The notes under the pieces were generated by a model. That model was not told the DNA's origin. It did not search any database and saw nothing but the letters and a program-made list of their open reading frames with translations. From NCBI RefSeq assembly GCF_018977255.1, contig NW_024704742.1, forward strand, positions 117,926,001 through 117,990,000: a DNA stretch of 64,000 nt, given 5' to 3'. Position 1 is the stretch's first letter. Each line of letters begins with the position of its first letter. This stretch comes from Callorhinchus milii. Its lineage: Eukaryota. Both the position numbers and the translations under genes were made by a program. Shown here one piece after another: positions 12,136 to 25,520 of the stretch.

Positions 12136-13671
12136 AGTCAATAAGGAACAATTGCTTGGGACATAATGTGAGAAACAGGAAATGTAAGCGTCGGCACCAA
12201 GGGTAATGTTATATATGTATCTTTGCAATATCTTCTCTGTGCCCTTCCCACACTGCATATGTTCCCTCAGAGTGTCCGATATCCCTCATAGACTCATAAC
12301 AATAGCATACCAGACTGTTAGAATTAATCCTTTTCCCAAAAGAAGATCAAATGAAGGAAGTATTGCCCATTTACTGCTGACATGGCTCATGAAGCTATGG
12401 AAATTTAGCTTCTACCTGCTCTATAAAAGACATTAAGAGGAAATAGAGAATCTCAACAGTCTGTAGCGGCTCAGAACCACATTGAATGGAGAAAAAACTC
12501 ATCCGTTTTTTGAAAGTGTGAAGACAGAGTTGGATGGAAATCCAAACAGAGTGTATATGTAATAACTGCAGAATGAAGCCTGAAGAGGTTAAGATAAATC
12601 TGTGTTTTTAAAGCTTTTAAAAGCTGACTGAGTGAATGCAAATTGAATCCAGAAGTGTAATGCTGAATGTACCTGACTGCAACCACTTGCAACATTAGGA
12701 TAAGGATATTCAAACAGTCTGCGCTGCTTTCAGGTATAGAGTAGATACTCCACACATTTATTATATAAAAAGAAATTTGCACTATGATTTTCCATGGTTA
12801 TTCACCTCAAGCGCTGTGGGACACTTACCCGTGTGATGGGTGCTATATAAATGCAAATTATTGTGGTGGTGGCTATTTAGGGCTTTTGCAAATGCCTGTT
12901 ATATTTGCCTAGAAAAGCAATCACGACAGATAGCAACAATTATCTATGAAGGTCTTTGCGACATTTTGTCACAATAAGTTGCTATAAAAATGCGAGTTCT
13001 TTCTTATTCCAAGGACTTTCCTAGCACAAATCTGTGAAATAAAGACAGCAGAAACTTGATCTCAGAGGTACATTGTGAGTAGATATAGATATCTCTCGCA
13101 GCAAACAATGGCCAGCTCTGTGTCCCCCACCTTATCTGTCCCACCATTGCCTTTCGATTACTTGCCAACATGATACTCACCTTAACAACTGCTGTAAGGA
13201 TTATGTAGATGGGGGATATGGCAAATCTGTCAGTGTCTTTCTGTTGTATGTGTTGTACTGGGCTCTTAAAATGACCTGTGGGACCTCACGTGTTTGTGGC
13301 AGAGTACCTCAGTTGTGCTGGCCCAAACTCAATAACTGTAAAATGGACATGGCTCATACGAGATGACAACCACATGGCAAGTGCAACTAATCAGCACAAA
13401 TTAAGCACTTGAACACCAGAGGTATGATTCTTTTTTAGGGCCTAAATAAATAGGTCTCATCTTCCGAGTAAAATTTCAGAGCCATTGCAAAATTACCCCC
13501 AAATTAAAAGTATTACTTTTCCAGCATTACAATTGAAACTGGACATCAATGTGCTTCAAGAATCTGTGCTGGGTTTAGCACATACTTCAAACATCCTGAC
13601 GCAGTAGAAGGTGATGATGGGTAACCAATTTTGAAACTTTATGAAGATCTGATTGTAACCACTTGCAATAG

Positions 13672-14022
13672 TGATAATAATCCTTGCATTTTGACATAGC
13701 ACTTTCACATCGGGAAGATATCTCAAAGCACTTCACAGATTCACTGTAATTTGTAGGCAAATGAGACACCCAATTTACACCCAGCAATATCCCACCAACA
13801 GCCATGAAGTAAATGAACAATTGGATGTGTGGGATTATTGGTTAAGACACTGGGAGAAACTCCCTTTCTTTTCAAATAATGCAGGGATCCCAAAATGCAA
13901 CCGAAAAGGCAGACGTGGAACCTTAGTTTAATGTCTCATCTACAGGACAGCACTTTCAACAATACAGTGCACCCCAGCACCTTCTGACTCAAAGGCAAGA
14001 GTGATGTCAACTAGCCAGGCCA
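13672..14022 (-). mobile_element. Deu-domain SINE, near full length
   Basis: Tail taataatccttgcattttgacatagc, core ggcagacgtggaaccttagtttaatgtctcatc, and tRNA-like head ttctgactcaaaggcaagagtgatgtcaactagcca (reverse). Confidence 0.7.
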
Positions 14023-14058
14023 ACACCAAATTCTGCATTGTTCAATCATCAATCTAAA

Positions 14059-14680
14059 CATTGATTTATCTGGCCTGTGAACCATTGCCAGAGATGCAGG
14101 TCCCCGAGTGAATACTGATCTGTTCCTAACATATCTTACCCACAATAATAATTTATAATAATAGTAACAACAATAATCAAGCGCTCCGAGACACCGTCCG
14201 TCGTGAAGAGCACTATATAAATGCAAAGTTGTTGTTGTTGTATGTCATGTGTTTCTGAAACATTACTGGTGCAGATCCGCTGCTGTATTTGCCCAATAAC
14301 AGGAGTCACAATACTTCAACATAGCTCGTCTGTGAAGTTTTATGAAAGATCTCGCTGTGATAAAATACTGTATTGTATAAAAATGCAGGTATTGTTATTT
14401 ATTGTTTCATGGTATTGGGTGTGCACCTTTTAAATCAATATACAATTCTTCTCCATAAAGTACCACTGAGAAAACTGGAGCACAGCAGATCTTATTTAGG
14501 TTTATAGTGAGATCTTATACTGGCTTTAAATGCTGCTCAAGTCATTTAATGCTTTTGCTACTCAGGCAATCTTAGCATTGATTTACCTAGCCTATGAACC
14601 ATTGCCAGAGGTGCAGGTCCCCCAGTGAATACTGATCTGTTCCTAACATATCTTATCTACAAGGATAACTTATAATAATA
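14059..14680 (+). repeat. About 105-bp direct repeat (14059-14163 and 14576-14680)
   Basis: cattgattta[t/c]ct[g/a]gcct[g/a]tgaaccattgccagag[a/g]tgcaggtcccc[g/c]agtgaatactgatctgttcctaacatatctta occurs twice, 517 bp apart. Confidence 0.9.
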
Positions 14681-16096
14681 ATAATATGCTGAGAAGATTT
14701 AACTGATTTCAGAATCCACACTGGAGTAGAAATTCTGTGTTATAATGCACCCACATCAATTAACGTACAAAGTTATTTGGAGAGTAAACTAGAATAATGA
14801 CTGTTAAACAACATCCGAAATTCCTGTGAGGGTCTGTTTGGGATATGATAACTGCATCCAATCCATGCAAACAGGATTGAATTTTCATGCTTTTTGGTGT
14901 TTTTGTGAGACGTGTGAAATTACGTTACTTTAAGAGCAACATAAACAATGTCTATTTCTAAGCTATTCAAAATTGCTCAAACTATGGTGGCATTGAGTCA
15001 AAGAGTCAGATCAATAGTTATGTGCTCAAAAAATATTTTTGATATATTGTTTAAAAATATGGCTCAGATATTTACATGTATGCATCGCTATTAATGTGTC
15101 TACCATTGGTGAGCTTTGTTTTGTCTTCTCTCTTCCTAGTAGGCAACCAATGATTTCTCCTTGGGTAATTGCTAGCCTGACTCAATGTATCTGAAACCTG
15201 GGTGAGGGGGAAAGAGAGTGAAACCTCTCAGCTGTGTGTCCACAAGGTACAGATGATAATAATAAATAATAATCCTTGTATTTGATATAACGCCTTATCA
15301 CGTCTTCAAGACGTCTCAAAGCGCTTCACAGAATGTACTGTCAAGTGAATTGACTGTATATTTTGTGGACGAAGATGTAGGAAAGGGAGATCCTTAGCCT
15401 CATCCCATCACACTTCCATACACCCTAGGAATATGCTGCCGCTGCACCTCATACACCTCCTCCTGAAGGTGTCTCTCCATGCAGCGACACTTCCCGCCCT
15501 CTTTCCTACTCACCTCTGCGGTATTAAGTGCTCCATTATGTGCTGCGCCATCATCCATCTTTAGGTGCCTTGATCTACATGATAGATGCAGTTTCCAAGG
15601 CCTTTCTGTGATACTGGTAAGGGGTACACAGGCACTTAAAAGATTATGCTGAAAGGGCATCACATTTCCTGTGATGGTTGGCATAACTGAGGCACTTTGC
15701 CTCAGTTTCCTCAGTTTCCCACATCACATGCTCCTACTCCACCCAAGTAATCCATTTGTGCAATGCCATGGGAGTATATAATATATACAACAGGTGATTA
15801 TAATTTCATTGTGCTTGTTAATCGTGCCCAAGATATGTCCCTTGATATGAAAACAGCTTCTGATCAGTTATGGTACTACCATGAGGGCTGGAACCTCTGT
15901 CTACATTCTCTGAACAAAAATTGAGTCTGGCTATTTCAACTTATACCTTCCCTGACGATGAAGAAAAAATATCAGATAATAAAGAACAGTCAAAGTATGA
16001 AGCAAAAAGGACTTTGTTACCAGGATCGTCAGACTGCTTAAAAGTGTTAAGTTTAGTGAGACTGTAATAATACTTATTCTCCTCATTTTACTTTGT

Positions 16097-16445
16097 GGAG
16101 TCCGGTAGCGTATTGGTTAGAGCACTCACTGCGCAAACGAAAGGGCTTGATTCCCAGGCAGAGCGAAACAGAAGGCAAGTTTCTTTACTACACAAGCCTT
16201 TGTTTACCTAGCAATAAGTAGGAACCCAGTTGTTAGTTGCTTTTCCGGGGTTAATAATCCCTTAAAAAAAATGTGGTCATTCAATCCACCACTGTTTGTG
16301 GGACACTGCTGTGTGCAACTGGCTGCTGCATTTTACCCACAAAATATACAAACAATGTACTTGACAGTATATTCTGTGAAGCGCTTGGAGATGTCTTGAA
16401 GACATGATAAGATGCTATATCAAATGCAAGGATTATTTATTATTA
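16097..16445 (+). mobile_element. Full-length tRNA-derived SINE, long type
   Basis: Head ggagtccggtagcgtattggttagagcactc, internal gtttacctagcaataagtaggaacc, tail atcaaatgcaaggattatt. Confidence 0.88.
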
Positions 16446-17689
16446 CTTTCCTATGCTCTCTGGCTTGTGCTGTGCTTTCTCCTTACGAAGATCTTTGTTT
16501 CCGTTTCCTCTATTTGTCTCTTATGATTTATGCCATTATTTCCATCTTGGGATATTCTTTGATGGCTTTATATGGTTCAAGCCATTTATAATAATAATCT
16601 TTGGGTATGATATAGTGCCTTTCATGTCGGGAGCATATAACAAAATGCTTCGCAGGATTTACTGTAAAGTGTAGTGTCCATTGTATCCTAATTATTCAAT
16701 GGTTATCTTTGACACTAGATAATGTGGCCTGAGTCGTACTGTTTTCAGATGTATACTGAATAGTCTTAGTCATAGTCTTAGTTTTTTATGATATAACATG
16801 TGTAGATAATCTCCCTTAGATTTATTTATGAGTTTGTCTTCTTGTATAAGCGCTTGACAATAGAGAAAATTATTCTATATCCTGTCTGGTTTATGTGGTC
16901 CTTTAAATGTGACCCTCACAGTGGTTTATGACCATCAACACTTCATTACCGAAAGTCATTCAGCCTAGCAGCTCAATGGCAGATAACAAGTTGGGATCCA
17001 GCTAGGCAGAACATGTTAATAGTAGATCCTTTATGTCTGGCAAATGAATGACAATTTTTGTGTGGTTTTATCTGCCCTATTTGATCAACTTTACTGACTG
17101 AGAAGCAAGATTTGGCTCAGTCTGTTGAGCAACATTGTGGAAATGCCCGTGAAAGCAGAAATCTGACTGGTTTTCTTTGAAGACAGGAATGCACCAGGGA
17201 AATGTGATTCTCTGGTGTTTCAATATTCTTGTGATTAAGTATTCAAGCAAGTCTTAGATGACAACAAGCTTCATCTAAACTTCCACAGCTTGTGGTATCT
17301 TTAGATTAATTAATGCTGTACATGTCCATCTTCTGCACACTGGAATTTGGTGCAGTATAATGTAATGTATTTAACAATGAATCTTTCAAGTCCTTCAATT
17401 CATTTCCAAATCTTCCATTCATAGTATAGAACAAATGCTTGATCATTATTGCTATTTCATTACCTCTCAATCTGAGAGAACAAATATTACTCTACATTTT
17501 ATTAGATAAGCCAATGCAAATAATAAATGGTTGGATCTATTAGGGCCTACTAATTATTATAGGAGCTAAGAAACCAGTGGTATGTGCTAATTATAGCCAT
17601 ACAGAATGCTGAAATTGTGTTTAAAAAAANTAGTAGTTTGAGGAGACAGTTGAATCAAAAATTTCAGTCCTTGACTGCAATAAAGCAAA

Positions 17690-18040
17690 AAGGACAAATA
17701 AGGCAATAGAAGAGAAACAGAAAAGCAATTTTGAGGTGACCTAATTGAAGATCACAAGATTATGTAAGGGATTGACAAAGCTTATATTGGCCAAACAATG
17801 AAGGTTTCACATAACAGGAGATTGGGGTTAAAAATTCCAAAGAGAGAGAAGCACACAGAAAGGTATAGATAATAGAGCAGTTGTACAAGTTACCAGGTAA
17901 GTCCACTGAAGCACATATGCAGTATCAATGGATTCATGCCTTTGGAGAGACACATAATGGAGTGCTATGGTGAGAAGGTGGTTAGGTGAAACTGTATAAA
18001 GAAACAATTTTTTTGAAACAAATGATTTTTGCCTGTTCCT
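17690..18040 (+). mobile_element. Highly decayed CR1 LINE 3' fragment
   Basis: ttgaggtgacctaattgaagatcacaagattatgtaaggggattgacaa resembles the CR1 LRGDLIEVYKIMKGLD segment. Confidence 0.55.
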
Positions 18041-18224
18041 ATATTAAAAACATGTTTTGAGTTTATCAATTTGATCAAAAGTTACCTTACTCTAATTTTA
18101 TGCAGCTTGGTATCAACTGAGCAATTTTACAATGCAGCAAGTAGCCGACTAAAAACATTATTAAATCAGAGCTGAGAATGTCTAATCAAGACTTTAAAAT
18201 AAAGAAAATGCGCTTATATATACA

Positions 18225-18820
18225 CAATACAAATTACATTTGTATAGCGCCTTTCACGATATATATATATATATTCACCCACAAAATACTGTCACACCAC
18301 TTTTTAGTGTATCCTGTGAAGCGCTTTGAGACAACTTCACAACGTGGTAAGACACTAATTCAAATGCATGGATTATTTATCTATATTATTATACATATAT
18401 TTTTTTTGTAGCAAATGCAACTGTGATTTGGGACAGCAAGGTTTCACAAGCCTGCGAGGTGAAGACCGATTAATGTGGAGGATTATTCTCCAGGAAAAAT
18501 TCCCATCTCTGGAAGAAACTTCCCTTCTCTTTTCAAATAGAATCATATTAACATCCACCCAAACTCATAGACTGCATTCATCCACAAAATACACAGTTTC
18601 TACACTTTAAATCCTGTGAATCACTTTGGGACATCTCCTGATTTGAAACATTAATCTTTATTTATAGACACCACCTTGATTTAACAGTTCATCCAAAAGA
18701 CTGCGCTTCAATATTATAGTGTTTCCCCAATACTGCATCAGAATTTCTGCCTAGATTTTAAGCTCAACTTCCAATTTGAACCCACAACCCAAAGGCAAGA
18801 GTGTTACCAACCGAGCCAGA
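18225..18820. mobile_element. Fragmented Deu-domain SINE (-) with inserted SINE tails (+)
   Basis: cttttcaaatagaatcat...ttaacatccacc and ttgatttaacagttcatccaaaagactgc core pieces; head tttgaacccacaacc caaaggcaagagtgttaccaaccgagcca; SINE tail pieces at about 18275-18380 and 18575-18640. Confidence 0.6.
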
Positions 18821-19279
18821 TGAAGTTTTATGAATTTGATATTTGAAAAACATGCAGAGGAATTGCATTAAATTTAGTGATTGTTTATTTAAAGAAGTAG
18901 TGAAACAACAATGGAATTTGGACTAATAATAAATTGGATGAAGCCTTCTGTCCTTTGACATGTTTTGTTTTCCTCATCATAAAGGTGTAGATTGGTGGAT
19001 GGTTCATTAAAATATAATCTAATGATTCAGAGCAAATCAATGATGTATAATTAATTCTACTCAGAAACTGTTTACACTGTTTCATCTAATTCGAATTAAC
19101 ATATCTGTAATTGTTAAAGTAACTAGTGGAAATGTTCCTCGCTTGTTAGAAACTGAACCTTATCTCCTCTGCACATATCATGTACAGTCGATAATGTAAA
19201 TGTACAGATAAATATTTTATTGGAAAGGATCATTCTGATTATGGGTCTCAATATACCACTTAATAATAGTCATTTTATC

Positions 19280-19635
19280 AGAGGTAGTGCCTTATCACAT
19301 CAAAATGCCTCTCAGTAGTTACTGTTAAGTGTAGTGATTGTGTATTTGTAGGCAAACATGACAGTCAAATTGTACAGGCCAATGTCCCAGAAATAGATGA
19401 ATGATCAAGTTAACTGGAGGATTGTTGCCCAGGACACCAGAAGACATGTCCTATTTTCAAATAGTTTATGAGTTCTTTAATATCCACCTGAACAGGCAGA
19501 TGAGACCTTGATTTAACATTGTATCCAATGGATTACATTGGAGTGTCAACTGGGCCATGAATTCAAAATCCTTGACAAGAGCTTGAACCTAGAACCTAGA
19601 ACCTCAGAGGAAAGAGTGCTACCAACTTAGCCACG
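19280..19635 (-). mobile_element. Deu-domain SINE
   Basis: Core atccacctgaacaggcagatgagaccttgatttaac and head ctcagaggaaagagtgctaccaacttagccac. Confidence 0.65.
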
Positions 19636-19716
19636 ATGAGGTTGCTTCTGAACATGCATTTATGAAACTATAAACTAATCAGATAGATGGATTCCATAGA
19701 ATAAGGAATTGTTTTG

Positions 19717-20177
19717 CCCAAAAAATATACAGTCAATTCACTTTACAGTATATTCTGTGAAGCGCTTTGAGATGTCTCGAAGACGTGATAAGGCGCTATA
19801 TCAAATGCAAGGATAATTATTATTATCTACAAATCTGTTCGCACCCTGGCACCTCCCTTCCTGTCTGACCTGCTTACTCCCCACTCCACCACCCGCCGCC
19901 TCCACTCGGCTGTCTCCAGCCTCCTGCTTGTTCCTCGTCCCTTCCACTCCACTGTCGGTGGCCATATTTTCAGCCACAATGCCCCAAACTCTTTCCCTCA
20001 ATCCCTCTGCCTTGCCCCCTCCTTCCCCATTTTCAAATCATGCCTGAAGCCCTTTCTCTTGGACCATGCTTATGGTCACTTTCCCCATCCCACCAGCTAG
20101 GTGTCAGGCGCCACCACTGTTAAGCGCTCTGAGATGCTACCCACCTTGAAGGGCGATATAAATGCAAGTTGTTGTTG
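19717..20177 (+). mobile_element. SINE tail (about 19717-19825) followed by an L2 3' fragment (about 19830-20177)
   Basis: SINE tail gtgaagcgctttgagatgtctcgaagacgtgataaggcgctatatcaaatgcaagg; C-rich L2 ORF2 end (ttttcagccacaatgcccc...ttcaaatcatgcctgaag) and tail aatgcaagttgttgtt. Confidence 0.75.
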
Positions 20178-23028
20178 GATATCGTTGTGGCTGCTTAGCA
20201 AGGATAAGTAGATGCATTTAGCAAAGATAGGTAGGTTAGGATCAGGATATCAGATGGGTTGCCCATTGGAGGTTGGAGACTCATGTGATGACTCCAACTC
20301 TACATGACAAACTTTGATCAGTAGGACCATTATGTGATCGCACGTAGAATACAGATGTGGTTATATCTATTACAGTATCTTTTGGTACACTTGTGCATGT
20401 CTCATGTTGGGTCCGTTAGGAAATGGTCACTGTGATAAGAATCCTTTATTGTGATGTCCACATGTCCACAGAGCAGGATATGGTAACAAATAGTGCTGAA
20501 GGCAGATATGGCTGTGAACTATCTGCATGCAATGCTGAGTTTCAGGATAAATTTAGATGAAAACAAAGAGAAACCAACATTAATAAGGTTATATTAATAT
20601 GTTATTTTATCCTTCTACGATTATGATGACAAGTGTTCCTGAGAACATCCCAGTGATTCGCTAATATATGATCATACAATTTTTAAATGAATCAAGATTT
20701 AGATGATTTTTCCCCCAGTATGGTTTTCTTCAAGGTGTGTATTTGAGCTCTGGAAGCCGACTCAACTTTCAGGTGGACTTCACTTGTTTAATGCGCGTGT
20801 ATTGTTTCACCAAGACTTTGCAGTGTTAATCGCACTTGGATTGCTATCTAATTTTCAACAGATGCTTTTGCATTTTAAATTCACAAATCCTGTTTTAAAT
20901 CGCTTGACTTAACCTGCCCACAGACTTATACTAGAACTAATGTTTGCTATTAAAATACAGATCATGATCAAATGATTCAAGGTTTGTTGGGCAAAATGAT
21001 CTTTCAGTGTGTAGAATCCATCAGAGCTGGAAGCGTGAAAGATTCTTTGGTAAATACCTTAACTAACATATGTAATAGCTGCATATGTTACATAACATTT
21101 GGTTAACTTCGAGCCATTTTAATGGATTGCACACTGACATAACAGTTGCAAATTACTTTGTCAAAGTTATTTTATGCTATTTAATTTTAAGTGCCAGTGC
21201 TTTGATTCCGTTTAATCACGTACGTTTTGGAGGCGACCGCATCGCTAATATTGTTTTATATTGTGGCGTTAGGGATAGTTACAAAATATCATTAAATAAA
21301 GCCATGCGAATGTGTCTTGAATTTAACCCTTCACTGACATATTCTGTCTGTGTCTCAGACAGCGAATAACGACAGTTGATGTTTCATTTTGTTTATTACT
21401 ACATTAGATCTTTCAGATGATTTTTCTGGAGGGATGTGAAATTGATTGGGTTTTCATATTGTTTCAGCATTGTCTGGTGCAAGTACAATGTTGGAATAGA
21501 ATAGTCGGCATTTTCTTTGAACTTGCATGTGCAAATGAACAGTTTAATAATACTTCCTATCTGTCTATGTTATATATATATATAATAGATACATGCATTG
21601 ACCAGTTGACTTTGTTTAAGTCCCTTCGCAAACAGTGTTCCAACTAATTCCAGACTTTGAATTACTTTTGACTGAGGCGAGTGTTGGGGACTTTGCTCTT
21701 ACAACACACAGGGAGGGAGGGAGGGAGGGAGGGAGGGAGGTGTCAGGAAACGGGTTTGGGGCTCAGATAAATGTAGAGAAATCAAATGAGAATAGCACTA
21801 CAGAAGTAAGCTGCCGTCTTTATTAATGGGCATAAAAAACTTGACACTTCAGCATTCAAAACTTATTTGAAAGACAATACGTGCAAATGCTCAGAAGGCT
21901 GCCGAGATATACAAAATTATGTGGAGAAACCGATGATGCAAAAAAGCTGATACATAACATGGTCCGATCCGTCTAAAAGCAGCGCTGAAGAAACAGCTGG
22001 AGTTAAGCTTCTAAATATCCCAGTCTACACTTTAATTACTGCTTTTCTATTTATGTATCGGGATGAGTTTATTTCCAACCTTCACAACTATCGTCACCCA
22101 TAATGTATCACATGCTTTTGACTGATCCGAGTTGTTCAGTGTCCCCAAAACACTATTATTCTTATAGGAAACCAAATGCATTCGTGTTTTTGCCCTCGTA
22201 AATAAATCGGTAAGTTTCCTCGGGGTTTCGTGGGATAAAAGGTGTCGCGCTATTATTTAGGTTTTACTGTGTTGGCTGATCGTGAAACGCCCGTAGGGGG
22301 GAAAAAAAAAGCTGTGCAAAAATGGTAATATGGAAACTGTGTCCTGCAATGCACTGCATTTGTTTTTATTCAATTCATTTATTGAATTTCCACAGATCCG
22401 AGTTTCACTTTGTAACGCTTCTGACATCTCTAAATACAAATAAATGTACATGAAATCATAGAGCCTTTTCTTATAAATTCCATTACAGACTTAATACACA
22501 TTGTGTATTAAAAACATTTGAAAATAATATTCGTTACTCGGTTGCTAAATTGGGCAATAATTAATTAACATAAATGCAATTGTATATACTTCTGTGCTTT
22601 TGTAACTGTTGTTTTAGTTAACACTGTGGATTGAACGCGTTTGTTTATGTTACACTATCTGTACCCAACACCCAGTTCGTCAAAAGTGGTTCACTTGTTT
22701 ATCAATTACCATTTGTCAATTTGTTGGCAGTTTAATGGTAAACAGTCAACTTTGTATTATAGCTCTGGTCGTTCTAAAACTTTACTTGAACAGCGATTTT
22801 ACGACTTATTAGTTTAAAACCCCAGGTGACAGATAAAAATGCACAGAAGGATAACAAAGTGTTGTCAGAAATTGAATGTTAAGCCAAAATCACACACTCA
22901 AAAAATGTGAAGAGGGTATTCTATATTACATACTCAAAATACAGTTTTTTTTGTTTGTTTACAATAAATAATTTTCAACTGAGCGGCGAAAAAGAAAATA
23001 ATATTTTGGTTCAATAATAGATCAAACA

Positions 23029-23034
23029 TTTATT
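23029..23034 (-). terminator. Candidate OTP polyadenylation signal AATAAA
   Basis: tttatt on + is AATAAA on the minus strand, about 1.4 kb after the stop, with U-rich sequence downstream. Other AATAAA hexamers lie further out (about 22365 and 21819), so the choice is uncertain. Confidence 0.4.
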
Positions 23035-23699
23035 AGGAAATCTATGTTCAATAAATAAGCACAGACAATAAGTTAAAACATATCACAAATTGACCAGTGT
23101 ATAACAAGAATGGTTATTCTACACAAAAAACAATCTATATCACAGCTTTGATCATTTTGTTTACATGAAACTTTCTCCCCCAAGGTTAATTCTGACCAGT
23201 TCATGCAGGTGAGGGTGTGGGTTTGTAATGGTTGTGTGTTTCCAGGGTTTGAAGTACTCACGTCCACATGGCATGCTGATAACCTCCCCTTCATAACATG
23301 CTGTGCAGGTGCCATTATTTTTTGACTGAAGCATTTCTTACAAAAGAAACAGAAAAATCACCCAAATCATGAGCTACGACCAACCAGAATGAACTCCCCC
23401 CCCCCCCCCCCCCCCCCCCCCAAAAAAAAGGGGCTTGATGCAGTGCATTGAGAAAATGCGAGCAAATCAACCCCTGGTTGCATTTCTCTTTCAATGTGGA
23501 GTTGTATTCCAGTCAGCAGGAGGACTGTTCAAGGCAGTTGGAGATATCTACAGCCCCAAACCAATAATAATGGCACCTTCTCTTAACCAGTATTCAAGGT
23601 ATAGGACAACACTGAAATGTTCCATACACCTGTGTCCACAACACCAATATCTTTGACTCTGCTCTGCAATGACCCGATGTACCGTTACTGAATGTTTTA

Positions 23700-23750
23700 A
23701 TAATAATAATAATATATAATAATAATCCTTGCATTTGATTTAGCGCCTTT
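23700..23750 (-). mobile_element. Tiny SINE 3' tail inside the probable OTP 3' UTR
   Basis: aataataatccttgcatttgatttagcgccttt is the reverse of the family tail aaaggcgcta.atcaaatgcaaggattattatt. Confidence 0.7.
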
Positions 23751-24427
23751 GTACAAGAACAGTTACGAAATTGTAAAACGATCCATTGCAAGTGGAGTGT
23801 ATTAAATAAACGTTGAGGAGGAGGAGGTGGGTCTGTGCCACTCCCCCCTCCCAACCCCCACACATTCCCTTTTCCTTTTTTTTAAAAAAAAAGTGCGGAA
23901 AGGAACCCCTCACTGTTGAAACCCCCCAAAAAAAAATGTATAAAGTTGGTCAGAGCTCTGGCGTTTGTGTGATTTAAGGTGTTATTGCCACAGGTCATGT
24001 TCAATGATCTGGGATCGTGATTCACAGAATGAATCAGCTGGACAGCTGCCCAGAGTGGACATCACCGACAGGGATCAGGTACATCTGGAGGGTCGCCTCT
24101 AGGGTTTACTTCCCCCACCCTCCCCCTCCCCACCCCCCACCCACCCACCCACCCACCTCCTCCCTCCCTCCCTCCCTCCCCAACTTAAAGTATTATTGGT
24201 ATTAATAGTTCAAAGATATTTTGGACCTTATCCCACCCTCCCCCCCTCCCTCCCTGCTCCACGTGTGGGTGCTGAAGGGTGGATCTCAGCTGCTGAGTGG
24301 CCTCCCTGGTGTCTGGGTGCTGGGTGGGTGCTGGGTGCTGGGTGGTGGGTGGTGGGGAGGGGGTTGCTGGCTGCCAGGGGAGAGGTGGGGGTGGGGGGTG
24401 GGTGGTGGGTGGAGGGGGGGGGGTGCA

Positions 24428-24931
24428 TTAGGTAAAGGTCATGGAGACTGTGTGCTCGAGTGCTTTGCGGCGCAGGGAGGCGATGCTGGTCCCTCGCCAC
24501 ACGTCGCTGTCCGGGGAGGTGCAGAGCTGAGGCGAGCCCCCCGTCACGTTGCCGGGGCCGCCCAGGGAGGTGGGCACCATGCCGGGGAAGGTGGGCTGGT
24601 ACAGGTGCGGTTGCAGGCCGCCGCCGTTGCTGCCCGCCAGGCTGTTGGAGAGCCCCACCGAGTTGGGAGGCCCCCCGAGGCTGCACTGGGACAGCGACTG
24701 GGCCATGGCCTGCTGCCTGCCCAGGGCGGGGGGCAGCTGGAGCTGGGAGACCCCCATGCCCGCCGTGGCCCAGCGGGTGTCGTTGGCGTGGAAAGAGCAC
24801 AGGCCGTCGCCCATCCCTCCTCCCGGGAACTGGGGCAGCCCCGGGGTGGGCAGCAGCGTCCCCGGGGCCCGGAACACGTTGGTGGTCTTCTTCCGCTTCT
24901 TCCACTTGGCGCGGCGGTTCTGGAACCAAAC
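24428..24931 (-). CDS. OTP: OTP coding exon 3 (homeodomain helix 3 end, C-terminus with OAR motif, stop)
   Basis: Acceptor gtctCAG|GTT TGG TTC CAG AAC gives [35 protein letters not shown]...[25 protein letters not shown] then TAA. The intron sits at the conserved paired-class Q|VWFQN position. Total protein is 309 aa. Confidence 0.98.
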   Translation of the reverse strand, partial: VWFQNRRAKWKKRKKTTNVFRAPGTLLPTPGLPQFPGGGMGDGLCSFHANDTRWATAGMGVSQLQLPPALGRQQAMAQSLSQCSLGGPPNSVGLSNSLAGSNGGGLQPHLYQPTFPGMVPTSLGGPGNVTGGSPQLCTSPDSDVWRGTSIASLRRKALEHTVSMTFT

Positions 24932-24941
24932 CTGAGACCCA

Positions 24942-25520
24942 CACAGAGAGAGAGAGAGAGGGGGAGAGGGAGAGAGTGAGTGTGAGAGTGAGTGTGAGAG
25001 AGAGAGAGTGTGTAAGAGAGAGTGAGTGTGTGTGATAGAGAGTGAGTGAGAGAGTGAGTGAGTGTGAGAGAGAGAGAGTGAGTGAGAGAGAGAGAGAGTG
25101 TGTGACAGCGAGAGAGTGAGTGAGAGAGAGTGAGTGTGTGTGATAGAGTGAGAGAGAGAGTGAGTGAGAGAGAGTGAGTGTGTGTGATAGAGAGTGAGCG
25201 AGTGAGAGAGTGAGTGAGTGAGAGAGTGTGATAGAGAGAGAGTGAGTGAGAGAGAGAGAGTGAGTGTGTGTGTGTGATAGAGAGAGAGTGAGTGAGAGAG
25301 AGAGTGAGTGTGAGAGAGAGTGATAGAGAGAGAGTGAGTGAGAGAGAGAGTGAGTGTGAGAGAGTGAGTGAGAGAGAGAGTGAGACAGAGTGTGATAGAG
25401 AGAGAGTGAGTGAGAGAGAGTGTGAGAGTGAGTGTGAGAGAGAGTGAGACAGAGTGAGAGGGAGTGTGTGAGTGAGAGTGAGTGAGTGTGAGAGAGAGAG
25501 TGAGTGAGAGAGAGAGAGAG
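24942..25520. repeat. Complex (GA)n/(GAGT)n/(GT)n microsatellite at the OTP intron 2 acceptor
   Basis: Seen directly. It explains the low-complexity S/L/H/T ORFs in the track. Confidence 0.95.

Noticed and set aside
17630..17630. Ambiguous base n
   Set aside because: An assembly ambiguity at the end of an A-run, not a biological feature.
1..21000. WDR41 exons expected from human synteny
   Set aside because: I could not recognise any WDR41 peptide by eye. Short exons could have been missed; tBLASTn is needed.
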